A stretch of DNA of 64,000 nucleotides from Patescibacteria group bacterium (GCA_049296775.1 JBAQTB010000001.1:96992-160991); one strand, 5' to 3'. Counted from the stretch's first letter, positions 49,545 through 59,247 are shown. The notes: generated from the sequence alone by a model not told the origin. Made by a program: numbers and translations.

Positions 49545-50507
49545 ATGACTCGTACACTAGCAAAAAATCTGATTTTACGCCATACTGCGCACATGAATAC
49601 GAATTTTGTCCATAATTCCGCTCCAGAACGGCTAGATACGGCCCTAGCTAAAGAGCTGGCCATCAGCCGCGCTAAAGCCCAGCGCCTGATTAAAGATGGG
49701 CGTGTTTTGATTGATGGTCAGGTGCCAAAAGCCCACGTTATGCTGGCCACTGGCACAAAGGTCAACATTACGCCTGAACCAGCAGATACCCATACAGCCG
49801 CCGAGGCTCCAGCTCTGGAAGTCCTATTTGAGAATGCTGACGTTCTAGTCATTAATAAGCCGGCTGGGCTCCTAGTTCACCCCACCCTAGCTAGCAAAGA
49901 GGTCACCTTACTAGATTCAATTCTCAATTACGATCCCAAAATTGCTGAGGTAGGTGATGACAAACAACGCTCAGGCATTGTGCATCGCTTGGACCGTGAA
50001 GCTTCAGGCGTGATGGTGATCGCAAGAAACAACGCGACTTTTCAAAACTTAAAAGAGCAATTCAAGCAACGCCTCACGGAAAAACATTACACCGTTTTAG
50101 TATTAGGCAAGGTGCAGGAAGACTTTGGTACTATCAATTTTCCAATCGCGCGCTCTTCTACCCGCTCACGCATGGCCGCAAGACCAACCTCACAGGAAGG
50201 TAAAGAAGCCATCACGCATTACGCCGTGACACAACGTTTCACAGCCTCCACTCTCCTCGACGTACACATCGAAACCGGACGTACTCACCAAATTCGTGCA
50301 CACTTTTTTGCTCTCGGTCATCCGGTTGCCGGGGATAAGCTCTATTTGCGTCGCGATCTCAAACCCCTCAAAACTCCTAGACTCTTTTTGCACGCCAGCT
50401 CTTTAAGCTTAACTCTGCCAGACGGAGAACGCATCACTGTCACCGCTCCCCTGCCGGATGTTTTAGTGCAAACATTGGCGGCCTTAAAGCCAGTCATTAA
50501 AACCTAA
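49545..50507 (+). CDS. rluD: RluA-family 23S rRNA pseudouridine synthase (RluD-like) with an N-terminal S4 domain
   Basis: S4 region LDTALAKELAISRAKAQRLIKDGRVLIDG and the catalytic motif GIVHRLDREASGVMVIARN. Confidence 0.8.
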   Translation: MTRTLAKNLILRHTAHMNTNFVHNSAPERLDTALAKELAISRAKAQRLIKDGRVLIDGQVPKAHVMLATGTKVNITPEPADTHTAAEAPALEVLFENADVLVINKPAGLLVHPTLASKEVTLLDSILNYDPKIAEVGDDKQRSGIVHRLDREASGVMVIARNNATFQNLKEQFKQRLTEKHYTVLVLGKVQEDFGTINFPIARSSTRSRMAARPTSQEGKEAITHYAVTQRFTASTLLDVHIETGRTHQIRAHFFALGHPVAGDKLYLRRDLKPLKTPRLFLHASSLSLTLPDGERITVTAPLPDVLVQTLAALKPVIKT

Positions 50508-50517
50508 ACGCCAAACT

Positions 50518-51069
50518 ATGATCATCACCTTGGGTGGCTTGCCTGGAGCCGGTAAATCAACGATCAAAAATTTACTCGCTACTAAACTTGGACTCAAGTC
50601 TTACTCCATGGGTGACATGCGTGGAGAAATCGCTAAAGCCAAAAGCTTAACCATTGATGAACTGAACGACCTCAGCCTGAACGACGCCACGAGTGATAAG
50701 CAGGTGGACGAATTTCAAAAACATTTGGGCGAGACTGAAGATAATTTCATCATTGATGGCGCCATGAGCTGGCACTTTATTCCGCATAGCCGCAAAATTT
50801 TCCTAACTGTAGATCCGCAAATTGCAGCAGCACGCATTTTTGCTGACAGACACAACAACCCCAACCGCAACGATGAGCCGGAGTACGCCAATGAAGCTGA
50901 AACCCAGCAAAAACTCGCAGCCAGAGCCACGCAAAATGACGCTCGCTATCAAAAATGGTACGGAGTGGGCTATCTTGATCAAAATAACTACGACCTCGTG
51001 ATCGACACCACGACCCTCACCACACCGGAAGTCATGCAAAAGATTCTCGACTTCACCGGGCAAATTTAA
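50518..51069 (+). CDS. Cytidylate-kinase-like P-loop NMP kinase
   Basis: Walker A GGLPGAGKST at the N-terminus. Size and layout resemble archaeal-type or short CMP kinases. Confidence 0.5.
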   Translation: MIITLGGLPGAGKSTIKNLLATKLGLKSYSMGDMRGEIAKAKSLTIDELNDLSLNDATSDKQVDEFQKHLGETEDNFIIDGAMSWHFIPHSRKIFLTVDPQIAAARIFADRHNNPNRNDEPEYANEAETQQKLAARATQNDARYQKWYGVGYLDQNNYDLVIDTTTLTTPEVMQKILDFTGQI

Positions 51070-51164
51070 GAAAAGGACGTGGCCATTGTGTTTTAAGCTA
51101 GGATTACTTGACCGCCAGGACATCTTCAGCTATACTTCTGCCATCCTTTTTCACGTTTTTGGCT

Positions 51165-51518
51165 ATGAATAATGCAGTTCAAGCCTTGGAAGTCTTGAAA
51201 CCTGAGCAAATTGCTGCAGGTCAAACCCTCCGAGTGCACGAGAAAATTCAAGATTTAAATGCCAAGGGCGAAGCCCGTGAGCGTATTCAGGTCTTTGAGG
51301 GTCTAGTCTTAGGGGTACGCGGTAAAGGCGCCTCTAAGTCTTTCACTATCCGTAAAGTCACCAATGGCTTCGGAGTAGAAAAGATCTTCCCAATCAGCTC
51401 ACCCAACCTTAACAAGATCGAATTAGTCAAAACCTTCAAGATTCGTCGCGCTCGTCTCTCCTTTGTGAAAGACTTCGGCCGCCGCTTACGTGAAGCCATG
51501 ACTGGTAAAAAAGTCTAA
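51165..51518 (+). CDS. rplS: 50S ribosomal protein L19. The start is trimmed to the ATG at 51165.
   Basis: GQTLRVHEKIQDLNAKGEARERIQVFEGLVLGVRGKGASKSFTIRKV...IRRARL. Confidence 0.85.
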   Translation: MNNAVQALEVLKPEQIAAGQTLRVHEKIQDLNAKGEARERIQVFEGLVLGVRGKGASKSFTIRKVTNGFGVEKIFPISSPNLNKIELVKTFKIRRARLSFVKDFGRRLREAMTGKKV

Positions 51519-51551
51519 ACAAAAAAAACGCCTTAAGTGGCGTTTTTTGTT
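51519..51551. terminator. Bidirectional rho-independent terminator shared by rplS (+) and the convergent DsbA paralog (-)
   Basis: AAAAAAA ACGCC ttaagt GGCGT TTTTT. Confidence 0.65.
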
Positions 51552-52373
51552 TTACTCTGCCAAAAAGGCTTCGACGATCTCTTTAAAGGTAGAAAATGGA
51601 ACAGCGCCATCAATCTTTTCGCCGTTCAGAAAGAAGGTAGGCGTACCTGTCACCCCCGCCGCGACCCCGTCAGCCAAGTCTTGCGCGACTTCATCGGTAT
51701 ACTTCCCGCTCTGTAAACACGTCCTGAAAGAACCCGTGTTCAAATTCAACTGAGTCGCAAAATCTACCAAAGCATCCTCCGTGAAATTACCAGAATTTCT
51801 ATACAAGACATCATGGTACTCCCAGAACTTGCCTTGTTCATTAGCACATTCTGAGGCCTCAGCCGCCAAATCAGCGCCAGGATGTATATCAGTTAACGGG
51901 AAATCCCTGTAGACAACCCTCACGTCCTCTGGATACTGCCTGGCGATAGCCTCAATCACGTAACTCTCCTGCTCCGAAAACGGACAGCCAAAATCAGCGA
52001 ACTCCACAATAGTTAACTTGGCATCCGCGGGCCCGCGGCTGGGGTCGTCAGCAGTAGCCAAAGCACCACTCCCTGGAGCGGCCTGAGCTATTGCCAATAA
52101 GCGGCTCTGGCTAGCAACCGTACTCTGGAACGAGTAAGTCAGAGGATCAATCACCCCCAGCTGAATTTTACGGTAATATTGAAAGACCTTATAACCAAAG
52201 AAGGAGACGCCACACAGCAGCAAAATAAATAGCACTATTCCCAACCGGCGACGCCCGGGGTGCCTAGGTTCCACCGCGTTTATAAGCAAATTTTCTGAAA
52301 TCTCAGGCATATTATCTCCTATACAATAACACACAACTTTACGTAAATCAGGAGTTCTGCTACCATAATACAT
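51552..52373 (-). CDS. Membrane-anchored DsbA-like thioredoxin-fold protein with a CxxS active site
   Basis: Paralog of the ORF at 35308-36048 (IVEFADFGCPFSEQESY versus IIEYADFQCPTCAAYAP; FPL.DIHP, GTPTFF.NGE shared). N-terminal TM helix. Confidence 0.65.
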   Translation of the reverse strand: MYYGSRTPDLRKVVCYCIGDNMPEISENLLINAVEPRHPGRRRLGIVLFILLLCGVSFFGYKVFQYYRKIQLGVIDPLTYSFQSTVASQSRLLAIAQAAPGSGALATADDPSRGPADAKLTIVEFADFGCPFSEQESYVIEAIARQYPEDVRVVYRDFPLTDIHPGADLAAEASECANEQGKFWEYHDVLYRNSGNFTEDALVDFATQLNLNTGSFRTCLQSGKYTDEVAQDLADGVAAGVTGTPTFFLNGEKIDGAVPFSTFKEIVEAFLAE

Positions 52374-52376
52374 GAT

Positions 52377-52592
52377 ATGATTCTAAATGTTGTCCAAGTA
52401 ATCTTAGCGGTTCTGCTAGCTTCTGCGATTTTATTGCAGGCTAGAGGCACGGGCGTAGGCCTAGCTTTCGGTGGGGATGGTAATGTTTACCGCACCCGTC
52501 GCGGAGTAGAAAAGAAGCTACACGCTTTTACCGTAGTATTGGCAATTCTCTTCCTCGGAGTGTCCCTGGTTAACGCTCTTTACAGCTTCTAA
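52377..52592 (+). CDS. secG: Preprotein translocase subunit SecG
   Basis: 71 aa with two TM helices and the Gly-rich loop LLQARGTGVGLAFGG. Confidence 0.65.
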   Translation: MILNVVQVILAVLLASAILLQARGTGVGLAFGGDGNVYRTRRGVEKKLHAFTVVLAILFLGVSLVNALYSF

Positions 52593-52641
52593 TTAGCCAA
52601 ACTTTCCGTTCTCTATACCCAAAGTAGGATTTTTAGATTTT

Positions 52642-54483
52642 TTGCGGAATACAACACGACGGATATTCTCCGGAGTGTCTTTTGGTAGACATAAAGACGG
52701 TGCCAAGCGCGCCACAAGTAGCGACCTAGCCATGCGCCAAGTTTTGGCGGTTAAGCCTAGTAAGCGTTTACCGACCATTCGGCAATGGATGCAGATCTCA
52801 CGCTTCTTGTCCCCCCTTGAACGCCGCTTAGGTTTGGCGGGCCTATTCTTAATTGTCCTGGGCGCCGGTGCACTGAGCTATCAATACGTTGCCAAGCATG
52901 CAGATCGCCAGCCCAGAGTAGGTGGCGAATATACCGAAGGTTTATTAGGCTACCCCCACTACATCAACCCCCTGTACGCCAACGCCAGCGACGTTGATAG
53001 CTCGTTGTCTCATTTGGTTTACAGCAGTCTGATGCGTTTTGACCCAGAAGAAGGCATTGTGCCAGATTTAGCCGAAAGTTATCAGATTTCCGTGGATGAA
53101 AAAGAATACACCTTTAACTTGCGCGAAAATCTGGAGTGGCAAGATAAGAACCCGATCACGAGTGAAGACGTAGCCTTCACCATGCACGCTATTCAAAATC
53201 CAGAATATCGTAGCCCGCTTTACAGCACTTTGTCTGGTATTACCGTAGAAGCTGTAGATGCCCGAACCGTAAAGTTCACCTTACGTGAACCATTTGCGCC
53301 ATTTTTAGCGACCATGACCATTGGCATTCTGCCCGCCCATGTCTGGCAGAATATTCCGGCTTCAAACGCACAGCTCACCCAACTCAACTTAAAACCTGTC
53401 GGTAGCGGTCCGTACATTTTTGAAAAACTCACCAAAGACAATAAGGGCAACCTCAGAAGTATCGATTTTGTTAGAAATCCAAACTATTACCGCGGCGCTC
53501 CATATATCAAGCGTTTAAGTTTTAAGTTTTTCAGCGATACTACAGAACTAACGCAAGCTCTACGCAATCACAACATTGAAGGAAGTGCCACCATTCCCTA
53601 TGAGGAGACCTCTAAGTTATCTAATGACCGTGCGCTAAATATCGTCCGACCTAGTACACGTGAATACATGGCAGCGCTCTTCAATCTTAAATCTACCGGT
53701 GCGGTGGCAGATTTAAAAGTTAGACAGGCATTGGAATTAGCTACAGATAAACAAAGCTTGATTAATAATGTTCATGACGGACAAGCCACAGCCATCTCTT
53801 CCCCGCTCGTTTTTGGTGTACCTGGCTATGACAGTTCAGCAGCAATCCCTAATCAAGACCTAGACGCGGCCTCAGCCCTGTTAGACGGCGCCGGCTGGGC
53901 AATGCCCGCTGAAGGCGGTGCGCGCACCAAGGGCGACAAGACCTTGAACGTGCCAATTACCGTACTTGATACTCCAGAGCTACGAGCAGTAGCCGAAGAG
54001 CTCCGCGTGCAATGGGAGCGCGTTGGAGTGGCGGTCAACGTCATTCCAGTGAGCTCAGTCTCATTACAAAATGACGTCCTCAAAAATCGCGCTTTCGATG
54101 TTTTGGTGTCTGGAGAATTGTATGGCGTCTTCCCTGACCCATATCCATTTTGGCATTCATCACAAGTCCCGTATCCAGGTCTGAACGTGTCTCAATTAGT
54201 CAGCAAGACAGCGGATACACAAATTGAAATCATTCGTACCACAGCTGATCAAAACGCTAGAGTTGCAGCCTTCACTAGCTTTGCGAATATTCTCACAGAA
54301 TCAGCTCCAGCCATTTTCCTGTATCAACCTACCTACCCTTACGCCATGCCCGATACGATTAAGAACGTAAAACTGTCAGCTATCGTTAGTCCTGCAGATA
54401 GATTTGCTAACGTGCACGAGTGGTACATCAAGACTAAAGCCGTCTTCAAGAAGGGCTCAAAAAACATTGACCAGACACCCTAA
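52642..54483 (+). CDS. ABC-transporter substrate-binding protein family 5 (peptide/nickel type), membrane-anchored, orphan
   Basis: SBP_bac_5-like blocks: GGEYTEGLLGYP..NPLYA, LVYSSLMRFDPEEGIVPDLAESY, and NP.Y.RGAPYIKRL.FKF. No permease or ATPase genes are adjacent. Confidence 0.6.
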   Translation: MRNTTRRIFSGVSFGRHKDGAKRATSSDLAMRQVLAVKPSKRLPTIRQWMQISRFLSPLERRLGLAGLFLIVLGAGALSYQYVAKHADRQPRVGGEYTEGLLGYPHYINPLYANASDVDSSLSHLVYSSLMRFDPEEGIVPDLAESYQISVDEKEYTFNLRENLEWQDKNPITSEDVAFTMHAIQNPEYRSPLYSTLSGITVEAVDARTVKFTLREPFAPFLATMTIGILPAHVWQNIPASNAQLTQLNLKPVGSGPYIFEKLTKDNKGNLRSIDFVRNPNYYRGAPYIKRLSFKFFSDTTELTQALRNHNIEGSATIPYEETSKLSNDRALNIVRPSTREYMAALFNLKSTGAVADLKVRQALELATDKQSLINNVHDGQATAISSPLVFGVPGYDSSAAIPNQDLDAASALLDGAGWAMPAEGGARTKGDKTLNVPITVLDTPELRAVAEELRVQWERVGVAVNVIPVSSVSLQNDVLKNRAFDVLVSGELYGVFPDPYPFWHSSQVPYPGLNVSQLVSKTADTQIEIIRTTADQNARVAAFTSFANILTESAPAIFLYQPTYPYAMPDTIKNVKLSAIVSPADRFANVHEWYIKTKAVFKKGSKNIDQTP

Positions 54484-54605
54484 AAGTGGTAGTCTGACGA
54501 CTTAAAATTGGCTGCTAACGATACTCATTTAACTTTTCAGGTGCAGAGTCTCGCGCTGTTTACTCAGCTAACTTGACTGAGCAGATGGAAATTTAAAACG
54601 GTCTC

Positions 54606-54691
54606 GCGGACGTGGCGGAATTGGTATACGCGTAGGTCTCAGAAGCCTATGGTTGCAAAACCTTGAGAGTTCGAGTCTCTCCGTCCGCACC
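54606..54691 (+). tRNA. tRNA-Leu (anticodon CAG) with long variable arm, CCA encoded
   Basis: GCGGACGTGGCGGAATTGGTATACGCGTAGGTCTCAGAAGCCTATGGTTGCAAAACCTTGAGAGTTCGAGTCTCTCCGTCCGCACCA. Confidence 0.85.
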
Positions 54692-54764
54692 AATTGCTAG
54701 TCGATTCCTGTTGAGTAATGCTCGACGGTGATCGACTGTCAGGAGTAATTTTTAAATCTTTGTC

Positions 54765-56591
54765 GTGACAGATATTATGGGAAATTTTAAACCTAGTGCC
54801 CCGCGTACTGAGCGTCCGCGACCGGCCGCTCGCCCTACTAAGCCACCGTTCAGATCCACGCCTCGCCCAGTTGTAACCACAGACAGTGCTAAGACCACAA
54901 CTTACACCACTCCAAATGGCGAAGTAGTGCGCGTCATCGTACTTGGCGGCCTGGAAGAAGTTGGACGCAACTGTACCCTGATTGAATACAAGAACGACAT
55001 CATCTTTGTAGACATGGGTCTGCAGTTTCCAGATGATCAGATGCCTGGCGTAGATTACATTATTCCAAACATGTCCTACCTCAAGGGCAAGGAACAGAAT
55101 GTGCGTGGTGTAATTATCACCCACGGCCACTACGACCACATCGGTGCCATTCCTCACGTCATGGACAGCATTGGCAATGCCACCATTTACGCCCTGCCAA
55201 TTGCAGCTGGCATCATCAAGAAGCGTCAAACCGATTTTCCAGAATCTAAAGTAAATGTTAAGACGATTGCAATTGATACCGAACTGCAATTAGGTGTCTT
55301 TAAAGTTCACTTCTTCCATATCAATCACAACATTCCTGACTCAGCCGGAATTGTAATTGAGACTCCCGCTGGAACTATTTGTCATACCGGTGACTGGAAA
55401 TTTGATTATCACCCCGTGGGTACGGTACCGGCTGACTTTCACAAAATTGCCCGCGTGGGCATGAACGGCGTCACGCTCCTCATGGGTGACTCTACCAATG
55501 CCGACCGCGCTGGTCACCAAAAATCAGAAAAAGGTATCGGAGAAGAGCTCCAGGGAATTATTGAAAAAGCTAAAGGCCGCGTCATCATCGGTACCTTTGC
55601 TTCCCTACTCTCCCGCGTCAAGCAGATCATGGAGATCTCAGAAGCGTGCGGACGTAAAATCGCCCTGGATGGCTACTCCATGAAAACTAACGTGGAGATC
55701 GCTAAAGAATTGGGCTACATCAAGGTTGCACAAACTTCGATCATTCCGATTGATGACGTTAACGATTACCCCCCAGAAAAAATCACGATCATTTGTACCG
55801 GAGCACAAGGTGAAAAACGCGCCGCAATGGCCAAGATCGCGAATGATGAACATAGATTCATTAAGGTCGACCCTACAGATACGATCATCTTTTCTAGCTC
55901 GGTTATTCCCGGCAATGAGGCCACAGTGCAACGTTTGAAAGACACGCTGTACCGCAAACGCGCCAAGGTCATCCACAAAGATATTATGGATGTTCATGCT
56001 GGTGGCCACGCCATGAAAGAAGATATTAAACTCATGTTGTCCTTGTTTAAACCCAAGTACTACATGCCAATTGAGGGCAACCACTTCCTGCTCCGCGAAA
56101 ATGCTGAGGTGGCCTACGCCATGAATGTGCCAGAACAAAATGTGTTCGTGGCCGACAATGGGCAGATTATCGAACTTTGGAAAGATGCCAAAGGTGTGTC
56201 TCAAGCTAAAATGACGGCTGAAAAAGTCCCTACGGATTACGTTTTCATTGACGGCCTAGGCGTGGGCGATGTCTCACAAATCGTGCTCCGTGACCGACAA
56301 GCTTTAGCGGAAGACGGCATGGTAGTTGTGATTGCGCAATTTGATCGCAAGACCGGCAATCTAGTCTCGACTCCAGACATTGTTAGTCGTGGTTTTGTGC
56401 AGATGAAAGACAACAAAGACTTCATCCAAGACACCAGGTTGCACTTAGATAAGATCTTGAGAGCTAAAAACTCAACTACGGCCATTGACCCAGATCTCGT
56501 CAAAAATACCGTCAGAGATGAGCTCGGTAAGTATTTGTTCCAGAAAACTGAACGCCGGCCCATGATCTTGCCAGTCTTAATCGAAGTCTAG
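54765..56591 (+). CDS. rnj: Ribonuclease J (metallo-beta-lactamase/beta-CASP)
   Basis: VIVLGGLEEVGRNCTLIEY, the ITHGHYDHIGAIP (HxHxDH) motif, and beta-CASP plus C-terminal domains. Confidence 0.85.
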   Translation: MTDIMGNFKPSAPRTERPRPAARPTKPPFRSTPRPVVTTDSAKTTTYTTPNGEVVRVIVLGGLEEVGRNCTLIEYKNDIIFVDMGLQFPDDQMPGVDYIIPNMSYLKGKEQNVRGVIITHGHYDHIGAIPHVMDSIGNATIYALPIAAGIIKKRQTDFPESKVNVKTIAIDTELQLGVFKVHFFHINHNIPDSAGIVIETPAGTICHTGDWKFDYHPVGTVPADFHKIARVGMNGVTLLMGDSTNADRAGHQKSEKGIGEELQGIIEKAKGRVIIGTFASLLSRVKQIMEISEACGRKIALDGYSMKTNVEIAKELGYIKVAQTSIIPIDDVNDYPPEKITIICTGAQGEKRAAMAKIANDEHRFIKVDPTDTIIFSSSVIPGNEATVQRLKDTLYRKRAKVIHKDIMDVHAGGHAMKEDIKLMLSLFKPKYYMPIEGNHFLLRENAEVAYAMNVPEQNVFVADNGQIIELWKDAKGVSQAKMTAEKVPTDYVFIDGLGVGDVSQIVLRDRQALAEDGMVVVIAQFDRKTGNLVSTPDIVSRGFVQMKDNKDFIQDTRLHLDKILRAKNSTTAIDPDLVKNTVRDELGKYLFQKTERRPMILPVLIEV

Positions 56592-56643
56592 TCAGGTAAA
56601 CACAAGGACCCAGTCAGGGTCCTTTTGTGATTGTTGTCAATTA

Positions 56644-57642
56644 ATGCTAGCATTGGGACATATGCGTATCCTTACCGGCATCCAACCAACCAACATTTTG
56701 CACCTGGGAAACTATTTTGGGGCCTTAAAGCCAGCCATAGAACTCCAACGTGAAGACGACCTGTTCATGATGATCGTGGACTTACACGCCATTACCGTGC
56801 CGCAAGAGCCCGCGCAACTCAAGCAAAATATCGCCTTTGCAACGGCGGCGTATTTAGCGGCTGGCATTGACCCAAAACGAGCGACGCTATTTCAGCAATC
56901 CCGCGTACCGGCCCATGCTGAACTGGGTTGGTTACTCCAAACCGTCGCCCGCATGGGAGAATTGGAGCGCATGACGCAATTTAAAGACAAGGCTAAAGCC
57001 AAAGGACAAAATGTCTCGGTGGGCTTGTTCACCTACCCGGTTTTAATGGCCGCCGATATTTTACTTTACGATACTCAAGCCGTACCAGTAGGCGAAGATC
57101 AGAAACAACACCTAGAACTAGCCAGAGATTTAGCTGAACGTTTTAATCGCGACTTTGGTGAAACTTTTGTCATCCCCAACCCTATCATCAACATTGCTAG
57201 TGGACGTATTTTAGCTTTAGACAATCCAAGTATCAAAATGAGCAAGAGTGCCGCCTCAGCTAAAAACTACATCTCCCTCATGGACAGCGCGGATGAGATC
57301 AGTAAGAAAATCAAATCAGCCGTTACTGATTCCGAAGCTGGGATCAGCGTAGATGAAGGCCGACCTGGACTCAGGAATTTGCTCTCGATCTTCAGCTTAG
57401 TGACAGATAGCTCCATGGAGGAGTTAGCTAGCAATTACGCTAGCAAAGGCATGAAAGCGCTCAAAGAAGATCTGGCGAGTGCCCTAGTGGCGCACCTAGA
57501 ACCGCTGCAAGCCAAGATCAACGACTACTTAAGTGAACCGGAAGAACTAGAAAAGATCGTGGCGGCGGGCAGTCAGCATGCCGCCAAGGTGGCCAATCTC
57601 AAAATTGCTGAAGTGAAGCGTAAAATGGGTTTAAGCTTATAA
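56644..57642 (+). CDS. trpS: Tryptophan--tRNA ligase
   Basis: ILTGIQPTNILHLGNY (HIGH-like) and KMSKSAAS. Confidence 0.9.
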   Translation: MLALGHMRILTGIQPTNILHLGNYFGALKPAIELQREDDLFMMIVDLHAITVPQEPAQLKQNIAFATAAYLAAGIDPKRATLFQQSRVPAHAELGWLLQTVARMGELERMTQFKDKAKAKGQNVSVGLFTYPVLMAADILLYDTQAVPVGEDQKQHLELARDLAERFNRDFGETFVIPNPIINIASGRILALDNPSIKMSKSAASAKNYISLMDSADEISKKIKSAVTDSEAGISVDEGRPGLRNLLSIFSLVTDSSMEELASNYASKGMKALKEDLASALVAHLEPLQAKINDYLSEPEELEKIVAAGSQHAAKVANLKIAEVKRKMGLSL

Positions 57643-57713
57643 TTAGCCAAAATTTCAAGTTTAATCTTGAGCATATACTTTGCTAATCTTAGCCTCAAAA
57701 AGGCTAATTTGGC

Positions 57714-57742
57714 TTGACAAAAAGCCAAAAAAATGCTATCTT
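57714..57742 (+). promoter_or_regulatory. Sigma70-like promoter TTGACA-17-TATCTT in front of a GC-rich cassette
   Basis: Seen in the sequence. Preceded by a trpS terminator-like hairpin, TAGCCTcaaaaAGGCTA at about 57689-57710. Confidence 0.45.
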
Positions 57743-57779
57743 ATCCAAGGTAATTTTCTTTTACAACAGAAGGTGGCAC

Positions 57780-57881
57780 ATGGAACTTTTCGCACTGGGT
57801 GCAATCACGCTCATCTTGAATATCTCGATGGCGACTGGGGTCTTCCTAGTCATCATTAAATACACTGATTCGGATGGGTGA
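57780..57881 (+). CDS. 33-aa hydrophobic small protein (MELFALGAITLILNISMATGVFLVIIKYTDSDG), translationally coupled to the next ORF
   Basis: RBS AGAAGGTGG lies 6 nt upstream. One predicted TM helix. The stop overlaps the next start codon (ATGGGTGA). Confidence 0.4.
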   Translation: MELFALGAITLILNISMATGVFLVIIKYTDSDG

Positions 57882-58212
57882 GATGCCCCTTAACCCCCTG
57901 CGGCAGGCTCACGACCTGCAACTAGGCAATGTGAGACGGTTAGAAAACCTTGTTAACAAGGTTAGGTGCCCAAAACATAAAGCGCGTGTAATGCGTCGAC
58001 TGCAGCGTGCCGAGAGAAAGCTCGACGAGCTCTGGCTGCGCTTAGACGAGTTTATCTCGACACTGAACGCAGAAAGAGAAGAGCGCCGGAAACAGGTCAG
58101 CACAATTGCCTACCTTGGACCGGAACATGCTCGTCGGTCCAAAAACGAGCCACCTGCACGGAGCCTGGCGCATAGGTTTGCGCTCAGTCCTGAAGAACGG
58201 CGCTGGATCTAG
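57874..58212 (+). CDS. Hypothetical basic coiled-coil protein of 112 aa, GC-rich
   Basis: ORF with Arg/Glu-rich heptad-like sequence RRLQRAERKLDELWLRLDEF. Confidence 0.35.
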   Translation: MGEMPLNPLRQAHDLQLGNVRRLENLVNKVRCPKHKARVMRRLQRAERKLDELWLRLDEFISTLNAEREERRKQVSTIAYLGPEHARRSKNEPPARSLAHRFALSPEERRWI

Positions 58213-58252
58213 CAACCCAATCCTCACCCCCCCAATTACCCCCGGAGTCCCC

Positions 58253-58462
58253 ATGTTCGCCCACCACTCCCCCGTTGAAATCCGCGTGCTCCTGAAAATG
58301 ATTGTCGTGTCCGGCCTGGTCGGATTCGGCGCATCGAGACTGGCACGCTACTGTGCCCTGCCCATGAACTGGGTGGATTGCCTGGCCGTGATCATGCTGA
58401 CAATCGGCGTCGCGATGGTGGCTACGTCCGCCGTCCTGACCTGGCAAAGGTCGGCCGATTAG
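58253..58462 (+). CDS. Small 2-TM membrane protein, hypothetical. The start is trimmed to MFAHHSP.
   Basis: Hydrophobic helices IVVSGLVGFGASRL and LAVIMLTIGVAMVATSAVL. Confidence 0.3.
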   Translation: MFAHHSPVEIRVLLKMIVVSGLVGFGASRLARYCALPMNWVDCLAVIMLTIGVAMVATSAVLTWQRSAD

Positions 58463-58496
58463 ACCCGCTGCGGATAGTGCCTCAAACGCTATCCGC

Positions 58497-58551
58497 CAAT
58501 ACTCCCTGACATCAAGTTTTAACGCTTGAAGGCAGGGAGTATTGCTTTTTT
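58497..58551 (+). terminator. Rho-independent terminator
   Basis: 12-bp stem CAATACTCCCTG / CAGGGAGTATTG followed by CTTTTTTT. Confidence 0.6.
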
Positions 58552-58619
58552 ACCGAAAGTTAGCTAATCTCCCGTCACTAACGAACTCATTCGTTAGCCA
58601 ATCCAGTCCAGGAGGACTA

Positions 58620-59165
58620 TTGAGCCCCAGCGCCGCAGCCACCCAAAAGGTCCAAAACAACGGGCGCGAGCCCCGCACGTACGGGCTGAAAAAGCCTGTG
58701 GTGCGTCGGAAGAAGCCCAACCGGCTCCAACGACTGATCGAAGACCTTGAGAAAATGATCAAGACCAGAAGCAGTGTTCCGCTCGCCATCAACTACGCGG
58801 TACTCCTCGCTGTGGCGAAAATGCGCCAACAACGCGGGTTCAAGCGCGGCAGGCGCACCGAACTCGCAGACGCACTCAAGGAGCTCCTCATCCAAGTCAG
58901 GGAAGACAAGACGACGATGCTCGGGCCCGACGCGGTGTTCAGCCTGATCACCCCCGAGGTGTGTCAGCGCGACCGCGACACGATGCAGATCGTCGCGGGC
59001 CACTTCCTGGCGAACGTTTGGCCCAACGGTGCCAAGCGCAAGCTCATGAAGCAGGCCATCGGCGAAATGAAAAATGATCTACGAGAAGGGACGGACGACA
59101 AAGTCCAGAACATCGCGACGAGCACGATTTTCGGACGGCTGAGCAAGATCCTGCTCGCCGCCTGA
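58620..59165 (+). CDS. Hypothetical basic protein. A TTG start at 58620 with an AGGAGG RBS is preferred, because the longer ORF from 58542 begins inside the terminator.
   Basis: An 8-bp inverted repeat CTAACGAA-N5-TTCGTTAG (58578-58598) lies just upstream. GC-rich. Confidence 0.35.
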   Translation: MSPSAAATQKVQNNGREPRTYGLKKPVVRRKKPNRLQRLIEDLEKMIKTRSSVPLAINYAVLLAVAKMRQQRGFKRGRRTELADALKELLIQVREDKTTMLGPDAVFSLITPEVCQRDRDTMQIVAGHFLANVWPNGAKRKLMKQAIGEMKNDLREGTDDKVQNIATSTIFGRLSKILLAA

Positions 59166-59184
59166 CAGCGCCAGTGCTCGACTG

Positions 59185-59236
59185 CCCCGCCCACGTCATC
59201 ACCTAAACGGTGAGAATGTGAGGCGGGGTCTTTTTA
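59185..59236 (+). terminator. Rho-independent terminator
   Basis: Stem CCCCGCC ... GGCGGGG followed by TCTTTTTATT. Confidence 0.55.
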
Positions 59237-59247
59237 TTCTAAGACAA

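Noticed and set aside
54639-55289. 216-aa minus-strand ORF
   Set aside because: It overlaps tRNA-Leu(CAG) and is antisense to the 5' end of the well-supported rnj gene. It has no motif.
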